This document shows positions 17,475 through 26,270 of a DNA stretch of 64,000 nt, piece after piece. The stretch is from positions 21,868-85,867 of the forward strand of contig JANWIP010000002.1 in NCBI GenBank assembly GCA_025449845.1. The letters run 5' to 3'. The notes under the pieces were generated by a model that saw only the letters and a program-made list of their open reading frames with translations, was not told the DNA's origin and did not search any database. The stretch comes from Solirubrobacteraceae bacterium (GTDB lineage: Bacteria > Actinomycetota > Thermoleophilia > Solirubrobacterales > Solirubrobacteraceae). How positions within the stretch are numbered: the first letter of the stretch is position 1; each line of letters opens with the position of its first letter. Both the position numbers and the translations under genes were made by a program.

Positions 17475-18211
17475 GCTGATGGCTCAGCGCGAACGGCGCG
17501 ACGGTCGGGAAACGCGAGCACGACTCCCGCCGGATCCATCGAACGCAATTCCCCGTTTGAAATGGACATGCTCCGGCGTGCACCGGCGAGCGCCTCAAGA
17601 TCCTCGGAGGCGACGAGCACGGCGAGCTTGCTGTCGTTGGCAAGCGAGCGCAGCAGTGCGTAGAGCTCCCCACACTCCAGTGGGCTGGGAGAGACGGCGG
17701 GCTCGTCGATCAGCAAGAGGCGCGGCTCCCGGACGATCGCCCGCGCCAGCGCGACCCGTATGCGCTCCCCCTGCGAAAGTCTGCCGGTCCACACGTCCGC
17801 GCATTCTCCGGCACCCACTTTTTCCAGGGCGCGCCGCGCCAGAGGCCGTGCCTCGCGCAGACTGATGCGATCGCCCAACAGCGGCATGGCGACGCTGTCC
17901 ACCGCGGGTTGACTGAGCTGGGGGCGCCAGTCTCCCGAGACGTGCGCGATGCCGTGCGCGCGCAGCAGTCGGGCGCGCTCATTGGCCCCCATGCTCGTGA
18001 GTACGTGACCGTCAAAGCAGACCGCCCCGGCATTGGGCGCCTCAATGCCGGCCGCGACACGCAGCAAGGTGGTCTTGCCGGAGCGCCGAGGTCCCCAAAC
18101 GCCGACGAAATCGCCGGCATCCACTTCCATGCACACCCGGTCGAGGACCGCGACCTCCCGTCGCCCGTCCCCGTAGCGTCTGGTCACCTGGGTGAGCGAA
18201 AGAAGGGTCAT
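17471..18211 (-). CDS. ABC-type ATP-binding protein with degenerate D-loop and H-loop
   Basis: Walker A GPRRSGKTT, signature LSQGERIRVALARAI and Walker B LLLIDEP. The D-loop is AVSPSP instead of TxxLD, and the H-loop position reads VLVASEDLE with no His. Confidence 0.8.
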   Translation of the reverse strand: MTLLSLTQVTRRYGDGRREVAVLDRVCMEVDAGDFVGVWGPRRSGKTTLLRVAAGIEAPNAGAVCFDGHVLTSMGANERARLLRAHGIAHVSGDWRPQLSQPAVDSVAMPLLGDRISLREARPLARRALEKVGAGECADVWTGRLSQGERIRVALARAIVREPRLLLIDEPAVSPSPLECGELYALLRSLANDSKLAVLVASEDLEALAGARRSMSISNGELRSMDPAGVVLAFPDRRAVRAEPSA

Positions 18212-18242
18212 GGCCGCGGGAGCGTCATCTCATCACGCGACA

Positions 18243-18821
18243 CTAGGACGGCGTTGCTACCTCGGAGATCAGGCGGCGGGCAAGCACGATCCATTCGAGC
18301 TCGGCGCGCAGATGCAGGCGTGCCGAGGCACGGGAGAGATGCATGGCGATGCCCGCGAAGGAGCGCAGCAGTGGCGCGTCCTGCGAGCTGGCGTTGAACA
18401 GGGCGAAGCACTCGCGCTCGTAGGCATCCAAGGCCGCCAGCAGACGCGGCGCGTCAGGCGCACGGGCGACGGCAATCTTGGCCTGGAACTCCGCACGAAC
18501 AGGGGCCATGCGCGTACTCGCACTCATCCACTCGGTCAGGGCGGGCTCGGCAAGCAGAGTCGGAGAGTAGACCCGCCGATTCCCAGTAGGTCCATCACTC
18601 AAGACCCGTCGCGAGGAGACCAGGCCCGCCCGCTCAAGCTGTTCGAGCATGCGGTAGAGGTCTTTAGCGGTTATCTGCCACGCGGGCCCGAGGCGCCGAT
18701 CGAGACGATTCGCCAGGTCGTAACCGTGTCCTGGTCGTTGCAGCACGAGGCCCAGCAGTGCCCCCTTCAAAGGCGAGCTGCCTCGCATCCAGTCCCTGTT
18801 TCCGGCGCTTACGGCTTCCAT
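18243..18821 (-). CDS. PadR-family transcriptional regulator
   Basis: The winged-helix segment LKGALLGLVLQRPGHGYDLANRL......ITAKDLYRMLEQLERAGLVSS is typical of PadR. It is the first gene of the ABC/DUF2600 operon. Confidence 0.8.
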   Translation of the reverse strand: MEAVSAGNRDWMRGSSPLKGALLGLVLQRPGHGYDLANRLDRRLGPAWQITAKDLYRMLEQLERAGLVSSRRVLSDGPTGNRRVYSPTLLAEPALTEWMSASTRMAPVRAEFQAKIAVARAPDAPRLLAALDAYERECFALFNASSQDAPLLRSFAGIAMHLSRASARLHLRAELEWIVLARRLISEVATPS

Positions 18822-18985
18822 TGCGTGTACGGCTCCTGATTCGCTGAATGGAACAGTACCTTACATCGACACGAGTTGCGAAATGGATGCCTTCAAGTAG
18901 CTGGAGCTTTGGCAGTCACAGTCGAGCGTTCCTGTCAAGCTGGTCTTTGCCCTACAGCCCTTTGCGTCAGTTCGAACGCCTTCGT

Positions 18986-19057
18986 CTGCGCATCGAGCAG
19001 CCTGTTCGCCTACGCATCTCGAAGCCTGTTCGCCTACGCATCGAGCAGCCCGATCTC
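18986..19057 (-). repeat. 3 x 24-bp tandem duplication of the LuxR-gene 3' end including its stop codon
   Basis: Plus-strand copies at 18986-19009, 19010-19033 and 19034-19057. The true TAG is at 19034-19036, a second in-frame TAG is at 19010-19012, and the third copy has CAG. Confidence 0.9.
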
Positions 19058-21259
19058 ACCCGCGCGAGCGACCGCCTCTGAGCGCGAGGAAACCTCGAGT
19101 TTGCGATAAACGGCGTGGGCCTGGGTCTTGACGGTATTGGTGGAGACATGCAGGCGCAGGCCGATCTCACGGAACGAGAGATGGGTGGGTAAGAAGCGCA
19201 ATATGCGCAACTCGGCCATGGTCAAGGCCGCCGAGCCGGAAAGCGCCGAGGTGGCAGCCGTATCGACCTGCTCCCAGATCTCATCGAGCCAGGTGCGAAA
19301 GACGGTCGCATCGGGCACACGCCGCGCAAGGTGAGAAGCCTCCGCGAGCAACGTACGCGCGAGTCTTATGTCAGCGAGCTGCAAAGCCGCACGCGCCAGA
19401 GCGATGCGCGTCTCAGCCTCATACCAAGGGATGAAATCGTCGAGCAGAGTCATCAGTCGCGTGGCGCGGTGGAGATCGCGCTTGCCCTCATCAACATGTC
19501 CGATGTGCGAGCGCACAGCGGCGGATACGGCGAAGATCAAAGCCGAGGTCGGATAGCCGCCGAGCCCATGCTGATCGACCTGCGTGACGGCGCGGTCGAC
19601 CAGCTCGGCACCAGCATGCCAGTCGCCCTCTTCCGAGGTGAGAGTAGCCAGCTGCGCCAGGCATAGGGCCTCAATATTGGGAGCCTCGGCGGCACTGCGA
19701 TGGACGCCCTCCTCCAGATGCTCGCGTGCCAAGGCACGATCGCCGGCAAGGTGATCGGAGACTCCTAGAAATAGGCAGCAGAGCGAGCGCCAAGGACTGT
19801 CCTGGGGCTCAAGCTCATAGGCACGAGAAGCGTCGCGGCCCATCGGGACGACGCCGTGACGCCCGACGGCAGCTTCGATGATGGCGACACCGGCAGGCAG
19901 CGAAGCGAGGGTTGGAGATGCGATGTCGCGGGCGAGCCCACCGGCAGCCGCCAGGCCCCAGTGCTCGGCCATACGGATGTCGCCACTTGCCAGCGAGCTG
20001 TGCGCGGCGACAGCCGCCAGCGAGGGATCGGCGGCTATCTGCGCGGAGCTGAACTGCTCAAGCCAGCCCTGTACCAAGGGGTTGCGCCCCCGGGTGACAT
20101 AGTGAGGCAGGTTCTCCCAGAGCAGCTCGCCCGCGCGCTGGGCATCGCCGGCAGCGACGGCGTGCTGGATGGAGCTGTCGAGATCACCGTGCTCGACATG
20201 CCAGGCACTGGCGCGCCGATGCAGCTCGACCACTAGCTCGCCCTGAGGATCTTCACGGCGCAGTTCGCGCAGCAGCGCATCGCGCAGCAGACTGTGGCAG
20301 CGATACCACTCGTGGCTACGATCCTGCGGTCCGAGCAGGAGATTGCCGTGGGCCAGAGTTTCAAGCAGAAAGGTCGACCCCGAACGCTCCAGCAAAGCAT
20401 CGCAGAGGGGCCCATGAAGCGCGGGAAGGATCGCGCCGCGGATGAGCAGCTCAAGCGCCTCGTCCGAAAGCTCGCAGAGGTATTCATCGCGCAGGTAGTC
20501 AAGGACCACGTGATCGTCACCGGCGAAACGCTCAAGCGCCGCGTCTAAGTCCTCCTGATCGCTCAGAGATAGAGCGGCGAGGTAGAGCCCCGCGGGCCAG
20601 CCCTCGGTGCGCTGCCTGAGCAGCTCGACCTGGCTGCCGGCGAGCTCGATACCGGCGAGATGCAGCAGCTCGGCGGCTTCGGCATGGTCCATGGAGAGAT
20701 CATCGAAGCGCAGCTCACAGATGGCGCGATGCGCACGCACGCGCCCAAGGCGCAGCCGAGGCTCGGTGCGCGAGGCGAGCGCCAGCTGCGCTCGCGCCGG
20801 AATATGTTCAAGGATCCCGGCCACGACCCGCTGCGCGGGCGGGCTCTCGTCGAGCATCTGGAGATCGTCAAGCACCAGCACGATACCTCGGTCGAGGTGC
20901 GCCATGGCATTGCAGAGATCCGGAATGACAACGCCAAGGATGTCCGGATCAGCCGCATCCAGCTCGTCAAGCAGATCCACAGCCGGGACGAGCAGGCCCG
21001 CCAGCGCGAGAGCATCGGCGACCTCACGCAACAGCTGCACCGGGTCCGCGTGCCGTGCTCTGAGTGTCACCCAGGCGCTGAGGCAATCCTCGCGCTCAAG
21101 CCACTCCCAGAGCAGACTGGTCTTGCCATAGCCGGCGGGCGCGACCAAGGTCAGCAGCGGCACGCCGGGATCGTGGCGCAGCCTGGCGAGCAGTCGAGGG
21201 CGTTGGATGAGCCCCTCACGGGACGGGGGCCATCCGTGCTGCCGATCGAGCACCACCAT
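19034..21259 (-). CDS. large ATP-binding LuxR-family (LAL/MalT-like) transcriptional regulator
   Basis: N-terminal P-loop VAPAGYGKTSLL, a long helical/TPR-like middle region, and a C-terminal LuxR HTH (ELRILRFLPTHLSFREIGLRLHVSTNTVKTQAHAVYRKL). Confidence 0.85.
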   Translation of the reverse strand: MVVLDRQHGWPPSREGLIQRPRLLARLRHDPGVPLLTLVAPAGYGKTSLLWEWLEREDCLSAWVTLRARHADPVQLLREVADALALAGLLVPAVDLLDELDAADPDILGVVIPDLCNAMAHLDRGIVLVLDDLQMLDESPPAQRVVAGILEHIPARAQLALASRTEPRLRLGRVRAHRAICELRFDDLSMDHAEAAELLHLAGIELAGSQVELLRQRTEGWPAGLYLAALSLSDQEDLDAALERFAGDDHVVLDYLRDEYLCELSDEALELLIRGAILPALHGPLCDALLERSGSTFLLETLAHGNLLLGPQDRSHEWYRCHSLLRDALLRELRREDPQGELVVELHRRASAWHVEHGDLDSSIQHAVAAGDAQRAGELLWENLPHYVTRGRNPLVQGWLEQFSSAQIAADPSLAAVAAHSSLASGDIRMAEHWGLAAAGGLARDIASPTLASLPAGVAIIEAAVGRHGVVPMGRDASRAYELEPQDSPWRSLCCLFLGVSDHLAGDRALAREHLEEGVHRSAAEAPNIEALCLAQLATLTSEEGDWHAGAELVDRAVTQVDQHGLGGYPTSALIFAVSAAVRSHIGHVDEGKRDLHRATRLMTLLDDFIPWYEAETRIALARAALQLADIRLARTLLAEASHLARRVPDATVFRTWLDEIWEQVDTAATSALSGSAALTMAELRILRFLPTHLSFREIGLRLHVSTNTVKTQAHAVYRKLEVSSRSEAVARAGEIGLLDA

Positions 21260-21343
21260 CGCTCAACCTTAAGCAGGCCCCAAAGGCGCCAGTCAGCAAT
21301 CTCATGCAGCTCGGGGTCGGAAAACTACTGACTGCCGCCTCGC

Positions 21344-21691
21344 CTATTCCCCCGCCCGCGGCAGCGCAAGCCCCAGGGCCAGCATGATCTCGGGTGCGGC
21401 CGCGACCACCTTGGGGCCCCCCACCTGGGGAGCGATGGCGCGCAGAACACCCGTGATGTCCTCTGGCGTGACCCCCTCGGCGAGTGCATTGGGAACCTGC
21501 CAGGCGTAGGAGGCAGGAGGCGCGTCCAGAGCGACGAGCGCAGCGATCTTGACGAGCGCGAAGGTACGAGGATCGAGGCCGGTGGCCTCGAGGTCGATCT
21601 CGCGCAGGCCAACGGCGGACTCCAGCATGTCCAGCTCGCCCGATGAGATACCGCTGAGAGTGCGGCGGGTCTCTTTGGTGACGGTGGCCAT
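21344..21691 (-). CDS. carboxymuconolactone decarboxylase (AhpD-like) family protein
   Basis: The ATG at 21691 has a GAGAGGAG RBS. 115 aa. LDPRTFALVKIAALVAL......GVTPEDITGVLRAIAP resembles the CMD family. The longer 22069 ORF overlaps the upstream gene in another frame. Confidence 0.7.
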   Translation of the reverse strand: MATVTKETRRTLSGISSGELDMLESAVGLREIDLEATGLDPRTFALVKIAALVALDAPPASYAWQVPNALAEGVTPEDITGVLRAIAPQVGGPKVVAAAPEIMLALGLALPRAGE

Positions 21692-21705
21692 TGTGTATCT
21701 CCTCT

Positions 21706-22164
21706 CTAGACGGTGCTGCCCTGGCGTCCCCCGTAGGCGACGAGGCCATAGATGACAAGGATGTCGAGGGCAAACATGGCCAGCGAGCCGAAGGGGTAGG
21801 CAGGAATGAAGATGAGCTGAATGATGGCGTTGACGGACGCCGTCAAGATGCCGACCCAGCGCCCCCACTCGACGCGCCCGAAGATGGCGAGCGCGGCGCA
21901 GAACTGAATGATGCCGGTGATGAGCAGCACCCAGCCCCAGGTGTTGAGGCTGCTGAGGATGTAGTTGGTGCCCTGTACGAAGAAGTTCGAGTTGGAGATA
22001 GCTGCGATGCCGTAAATGATGTTGAGAACGCCGACAATCGCGATCATCACGCCCGCGAAGGCAACCCACCCACTGCCCGGCGGTTCCTCTTCGTAGCGAG
22101 CTTCGCTGCGTGCGGTCTGACTCGCGGTCGAGGGTGCCCCCGCTGACTCATAGGTCTCATCCAT
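21706..22164 (-). CDS. small integral membrane protein (4 TM, DUF7144/HdeD-like)
   Basis: 152 aa with four hydrophobic segments. Co-oriented with, and 15 bp upstream of, the CMD gene. Confidence 0.6.
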   Translation of the reverse strand: MDETYESAGAPSTASQTARSEARYEEEPPGSGWVAFAGVMIAIVGVLNIIYGIAAISNSNFFVQGTNYILSSLNTWGWVLLITGIIQFCAALAIFGRVEWGRWVGILTASVNAIIQLIFIPAYPFGSLAMFALDILVIYGLVAYGGRQGSTV

Positions 22165-22497
22165 TTGACAGTCGCCTCCTCAGTGGCCGATGTTTAGTAG
22201 CTAGGCGCCTGACACTCCGGCGCACTTGCACATGTCAACGACCGACCGTAGGGGCTTATATGACAGCCGGCATCGCCCGAAGCGGGTGATATTGATCGGG
22301 ACCGCACGACTGTGCGCGGGGTATTGCACGTGGCCCGGAGGCGGCCACATGCTGATCATCCGCTTTGGATGATGTGCGTGCGCGGGATGGGTTCTAACGT
22401 GCCAGTGGCCGCGCCGCAAGGGCGGTGGGGCGTCAGCCATCATGCACGAATACGCCGGACGCACAGGTTCGGGAAATCAGTCACTAGGAGGCGGTCA

Positions 22498-22992
22498 ATG
22501 TCGGACCTGATAGCGATTGGATACGACGATGAAACAACGGCGGCACAGGCAGCCGAGGAAGTTGGACGCCTGTCACAGGAGCTGATCATCCAGCCCGATG
22601 CGGTGGCGACGATCGTGCGCGACAAGGACGGCGGGTATCACGTATCCACCAACCATCACATCGTGGGCGCGGGCGCCACCTGGGGCATGTTCTGGGGCCT
22701 GCTGTTCGGCGTGCTGTTCTTCGTGCCCGTGTTCGGGATGGCGCTGGGCGCCGGCTTGGGCGCGCTGATGGGCAAGGTGGAGAAGACGGGAATCGACAAG
22801 CAGTTCCAGCAGCAGGTACGCGACCTGATCAAGCCGGGCAACTCGGCCCTGTTCCTGATCGTCGAGAAGGTGACGCCGGACAAGGCTGTGGCGGCACTGA
22901 GCAAGTTTGGTGGGACGGTGCTGAAGTCCTCGCTGTCAGGCGACGCCGAGCGTCAGCTGCAGGACGAGTTGCACGGCGGCGCGACTGCCTAG
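22498..22992 (+). CDS. DUF1269-family membrane protein
   Basis: ATG at 22498 with a GGAGG RBS. MSDLIAIGYDDETTAAQAAEEV... followed by a glycine-zipper TM region (WGLLFGVLFFVPVFGMALGAGLGALMG), typical of DUF1269. Confidence 0.7.
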   Translation: MSDLIAIGYDDETTAAQAAEEVGRLSQELIIQPDAVATIVRDKDGGYHVSTNHHIVGAGATWGMFWGLLFGVLFFVPVFGMALGAGLGALMGKVEKTGIDKQFQQQVRDLIKPGNSALFLIVEKVTPDKAVAALSKFGGTVLKSSLSGDAERQLQDELHGGATA

Positions 22993-23115
22993 TAGGCCCC
23001 ATCCATGGCTGCATAGGCCCCGATCCACTCTGCCTGCGGGCGACGCCCAAAATCCTGGAGCGCGGAAGCGCTCCAGGCTAGGCGTGGCAGGTAGCGATGT
23101 TGTACTGTCGGGTGC

Positions 23116-23895
23116 ATGGGTGAACGTACGCAGTACACAGCTGGAACATTTTGCTGGGCCGACTTGACGACGACCGACCAGGACGCCGCAAAAGCCTTTT
23201 ACAGCGGCTTGTTTGGCTGGGAGGCGGAGGACATGCCGGTCGGCGAAGGCGTTTTCTATTCAATGATGCGCATGGGCGGCAAGGACGTGGCAGCCATCGC
23301 GCCGCAGCCCGAGCAGCAGCGTGAGGCGGGAGCGCCGCCGCTGTGGAACAACTACGTATCGGTGCAGAGCGCGGACGCCACTGTCGAGCGAGCAAAGGAG
23401 CTGGGCGCGAATGTACATGCGCCGGCATTCGACGTGATGGAGGCGGGTCGCATGGGTGTCATCCAGGACCCACAGGGCGCGTACTTCATGGTGTGGGAGC
23501 CGCGCAAACACTTCGGCGCGCAACTCGTGAACGCGCCCGGCGCGCTCGTTTGGAACGAGCTGGCCTCCTCTGACCTGGACGCCTCAAGCGCCTTCTATGA
23601 CTCGCTGTTTGGCTGGAAGACGACACCGTTTGAGGGCAGCCCGACTCCGTACCTGTCGATCAAGAACAGCGGCGCGAGCAATGGTGGCATGCGCGAAGTG
23701 GACCCTCCGGGAATGCCCCCACACTGGATGGTCTATTTCGGGGCGCAGGACATCGATGAGAGTCTGGCGAAGGTGAAAGAGCTAGGAGGCATGGTGCACG
23801 CGGGCCCGATCGACATCCAGATGGCGAAGATCGCGATCGTGCAGGACCCGCAAGGCGCGGTATTCGCGCTGTACGCGGGCATGCTCGAGCCCTAG
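23116..23895 (+). CDS. two-domain VOC (glyoxalase/bleomycin-resistance) family protein
   Basis: The internal duplication (FCWADLTT.D.DAAKAFYSGLFGWE / VWNELASSDLDASSAFYDSLFGWK) is typical of tandem VOC modules. Confidence 0.8.
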   Translation: MGERTQYTAGTFCWADLTTTDQDAAKAFYSGLFGWEAEDMPVGEGVFYSMMRMGGKDVAAIAPQPEQQREAGAPPLWNNYVSVQSADATVERAKELGANVHAPAFDVMEAGRMGVIQDPQGAYFMVWEPRKHFGAQLVNAPGALVWNELASSDLDASSAFYDSLFGWKTTPFEGSPTPYLSIKNSGASNGGMREVDPPGMPPHWMVYFGAQDIDESLAKVKELGGMVHAGPIDIQMAKIAIVQDPQGAVFALYAGMLEP

Positions 23896-23963
23896 GCCGA
23901 GTCGCACCGTAGCGGCAGATTCGAGCCGCGGGCGAGTCGCGTTGTCAAAGGCTCCTCAGTCGG

Positions 23964-24338
23964 TCAGTCGATGACGCCGATGCGCCGCAAGAGGCTCTCG
24001 TCGGAGAAGTAGTGATGGGCGCACGCGATAAGTCCATCGCGGAGATCATGGACCGCCATGAAGGCAGCGTTGACGATGCCGATATCGACGCTGCCCATCG
24101 CCACGATGCGCCCGCCAGGTGCGGCGCGAGTACGCTCGACCGTAATGCGATCGTCACGTCCGCGACGCGCGAGATCACCGAACCACTGCTCGATGCCAGC
24201 GTGCCCACGGTAGACGCTGCGGGTGGTGGGACGCAGCGGCCAAACCTCACTGTCCTCGCACATCAGCACCTGTAGCTCCCGCAGGCGGCGCTCGTTGAAG
24301 GCATCGATGGCGCGTAGCACGACGTCGAAGGATTCCAT
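23964..24338 (-). CDS. SnoaL-like / NTF2-fold protein
   Basis: 124 aa. The N-terminal pattern AIDAFNERRLRELQVLMCEDSEVW.. and the overall length fit the NTF2-like family. Confidence 0.55.
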   Translation of the reverse strand: MESFDVVLRAIDAFNERRLRELQVLMCEDSEVWPLRPTTRSVYRGHAGIEQWFGDLARRGRDDRITVERTRAAPGGRIVAMGSVDIGIVNAAFMAVHDLRDGLIACAHHYFSDESLLRRIGVID

Positions 24339-24410
24339 AACCGGCGAGGACCGTAGTAAACACGGACAGGTTTCGCAAGTTTGGATGTTTTCGTGAGAAC
24401 GGAGTGGGCT

Positions 24411-26270
24411 TCAGCGCCGGGGAAGTCTTTTTAAGGGGACTCCCGGAGGGAGTCCTGGGTTGGCCGCGTTGTGCGGGGAAGCCAATGGGCGGTGCACGTC
24501 AGGGCGTTGCCCGCTGCTATCGGTGTGTTCCTGCGGACCTATGGGCGGACGCGGACCCGAAAGCGGATGCGGACCTAAAGGCGGATGGGGACCCAAAGGC
24601 GGATTGGGACTCGAAGGCGGATTAGGATCCCCTACGGCCTGCGATACGTCGCCGAGGTCTTCCTGCGTGCCCGACCGAGGGCTGCAGTTGCCGCCGCCAC
24701 GTGACCCGCGGCCAGCGCTTGCGGAAGAGCTTGAATGCGGAGGGTCTACGGCGCTGCCACTCACACCCCCGGTGTGTTCACGAGAGGGCCGGGGCAGGCG
24801 GCGAACAGCCGCACGAGCGGAGCGCAGTGCAGAGGCGGAAGCTGGAGAGGTGACGCGCTGGGAATGGCCGAGAACGCCGTGCACCGTGTGTTCGAGGAGA
24901 CCGCCGACTTCGTGGACGACGGTGCCTACTGGACCGGTGGTCTGCGAAGTGGAGCCACCGGAAGGGGGAGGCGGAGAGCTGCCTTCTGATGCTCCGCCGG
25001 ATCCTTCCGCGCCTGCGCCACTGCCACCACCCGTGGAGCCGCCCCCCGATCCCCCGCTACTGCCGCTACCACCACCAGATGCAGGTTCCTGCGAACCGCC
25101 GCCCGTAGAGCCGCCGCTCGATGAACCACCCGAGCCGCCGGAGGAGCCTGGGGGTGGAGCACCGGAACCCGGAGCGGAGCTCGACGGCGGGGGCTGACTC
25201 GAGGACGCGGGAACCTGAACGGTGTAGCTCGTAGGAGTGGTGCCCTTGGGGACCATCGCCGCGAAGTGATGCGGGAAGACCGCCGATATGCGATGCGAAG
25301 TACTCGGGGCCACCGCTGTGACTTGCAGGCGTATAGGCCTGTCATGGTGAGCAAGCTGCCGGGCAGGAGCGTGCCCAGAGGAGATACCGACCCCAATACT
25401 CGCGGGAGAGCCGGCGGCGGGCACGCCACCCCCACTGGGAGCGCCAACGCCGGCGGTCTCGTGCCCGGCCCCGCCGGCAACGGAGTGAGCGTGGCGATGG
25501 ACAGAGGAGCCGGAATGCACGATGACGGTGCCGGTGATGACAGTGCCCGCAGTGAGTGCGGCAAGACCACCAGCCGCAAGCGAGCCCTTGACCAGCAGGC
25601 CGCCCAGCCCGAGGCCCCCGCCGGCGGCCAGTTCGCCGACGCGTTCGGCGCCGATGCCCTGGCCAGAGCCGGCCATCCAGGTGAGCAGCGGCGGAGGGGT
25701 GAGCGCGGTGATGGCGGTACGCAAGGTGGCGCGAGCGCGGTAGAGAAGTCCCCTGACAGCACCGTCGCTGATGCCCAGCGCGGTGGCAACCTCTTCGTGG
25801 CTGTGGCCAGCGAGAGCGGTGCGGAAGATGACCTCGCGTTGCATCTGCGGGAGCGCTGCCATGTCGGTGACGGCCTCGCGCAAGGCGAGACCGCCGGCCA
25901 GGTCGGAGTCGACCGCGGCGGTCTCGGCGAAGTTCAGGTCATCCAGATCGACGGCGAGGTTCGAGCCATCGCGGGCGGCGTCGCGGGCGATGTTCACGGC
26001 GGTGTTGTGGGCAATGCGGTAGAGCCAAGGCCGCAGCTCGCGCACCTGCGCGCCGCGGCGCAAGGCGGACCAGGCCTGTAGGAGCGACTGCTGGACGACG
26101 TCTTCGGCGCGGTTCTCGGAGACGGAGATGCGCCAGCAGTAGCGCAAGAGCGGCCGGCGATAGCGCTGGACGAGCGCCTCGAAGGCGCGATCGTGCCCCG
26201 CGCGGGCCATTGCGGCAAGCCGCTCGTCGGACTGCGTGGCCAGCAGGCGGGTGGATGCCTTGGGACTCAT
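24411..26270 (-). CDS. ECF-type sigma factor fused to a transmembrane segment and a long Gly/Ser/Pro-rich C-terminal extension
   Basis: Residues 1 to about 200 carry sigma regions 2 and 4 (DVVQQSLLQAWSAL, RPWLYRIAHNTAVN, LPQMQREVIFRTALAGHSHEEVATALGISDGAVRGLLYRAR). These are followed by a hydrophobic segment (GGLAALTAGTVITGTVIV) and about 380 aa of low complexity. Confidence 0.8.
   Translation of the reverse strand: MSPKASTRLLATQSDERLAAMARAGHDRAFEALVQRYRRPLLRYCWRISVSENRAEDVVQQSLLQAWSALRRGAQVRELRPWLYRIAHNTAVNIARDAARDGSNLAVDLDDLNFAETAAVDSDLAGGLALREAVTDMAALPQMQREVIFRTALAGHSHEEVATALGISDGAVRGLLYRARATLRTAITALTPPPLLTWMAGSGQGIGAERVGELAAGGGLGLGGLLVKGSLAAGGLAALTAGTVITGTVIVHSGSSVHRHAHSVAGGAGHETAGVGAPSGGGVPAAGSPASIGVGISSGHAPARQLAHHDRPIRLQVTAVAPSTSHRISAVFPHHFAAMVPKGTTPTSYTVQVPASSSQPPPSSSAPGSGAPPPGSSGGSGGSSSGGSTGGGSQEPASGGGSGSSGGSGGGSTGGGSGAGAEGSGGASEGSSPPPPSGGSTSQTTGPVGTVVHEVGGLLEHTVHGVLGHSQRVTSPASASALRSARAAVRRLPRPSREHTGGVSGSAVDPPHSSSSASAGRGSRGGGNCSPRSGTQEDLGDVSQAVGDPNPPSSPNPPLGPHPPLGPHPLSGPRPPIGPQEHTDSSGQRPDVHRPLASPHNAANPGLPPGVPLKRLPRR
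24537..24626 (-). repeat. 5 x 18-bp in-frame minisatellite encoding P-[NHR]-P-[PL]-x-G hexapeptides near the sigma-fusion C-terminus
   Basis: Plus-strand copies begin at 24537, 24555, 24573, 24591 and 24609 (ACCYAAAGGCGGATGSGG). Confidence 0.9.

Noticed and set aside
12616-21259. Genomic island integrated at tRNA-Thr (DUF2600/ABC/PadR/LuxR block)
   Set aside because: No integrase, recombinase or transposase gene was found. No direct repeat of the tRNA 3' end was found by eye. GC content and codon style look native. Accessory character is plausible, but mobility is unsupported.
24404-24625. Plus-strand 73-aa ORF ending in DPKAD-type repeats
   Set aside because: It is the antisense reading of the 18-bp minisatellite in the sigma-fusion gene. 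It has no RBS or independent support, and the minus-strand frame is continuous with a bona fide sigma domain.
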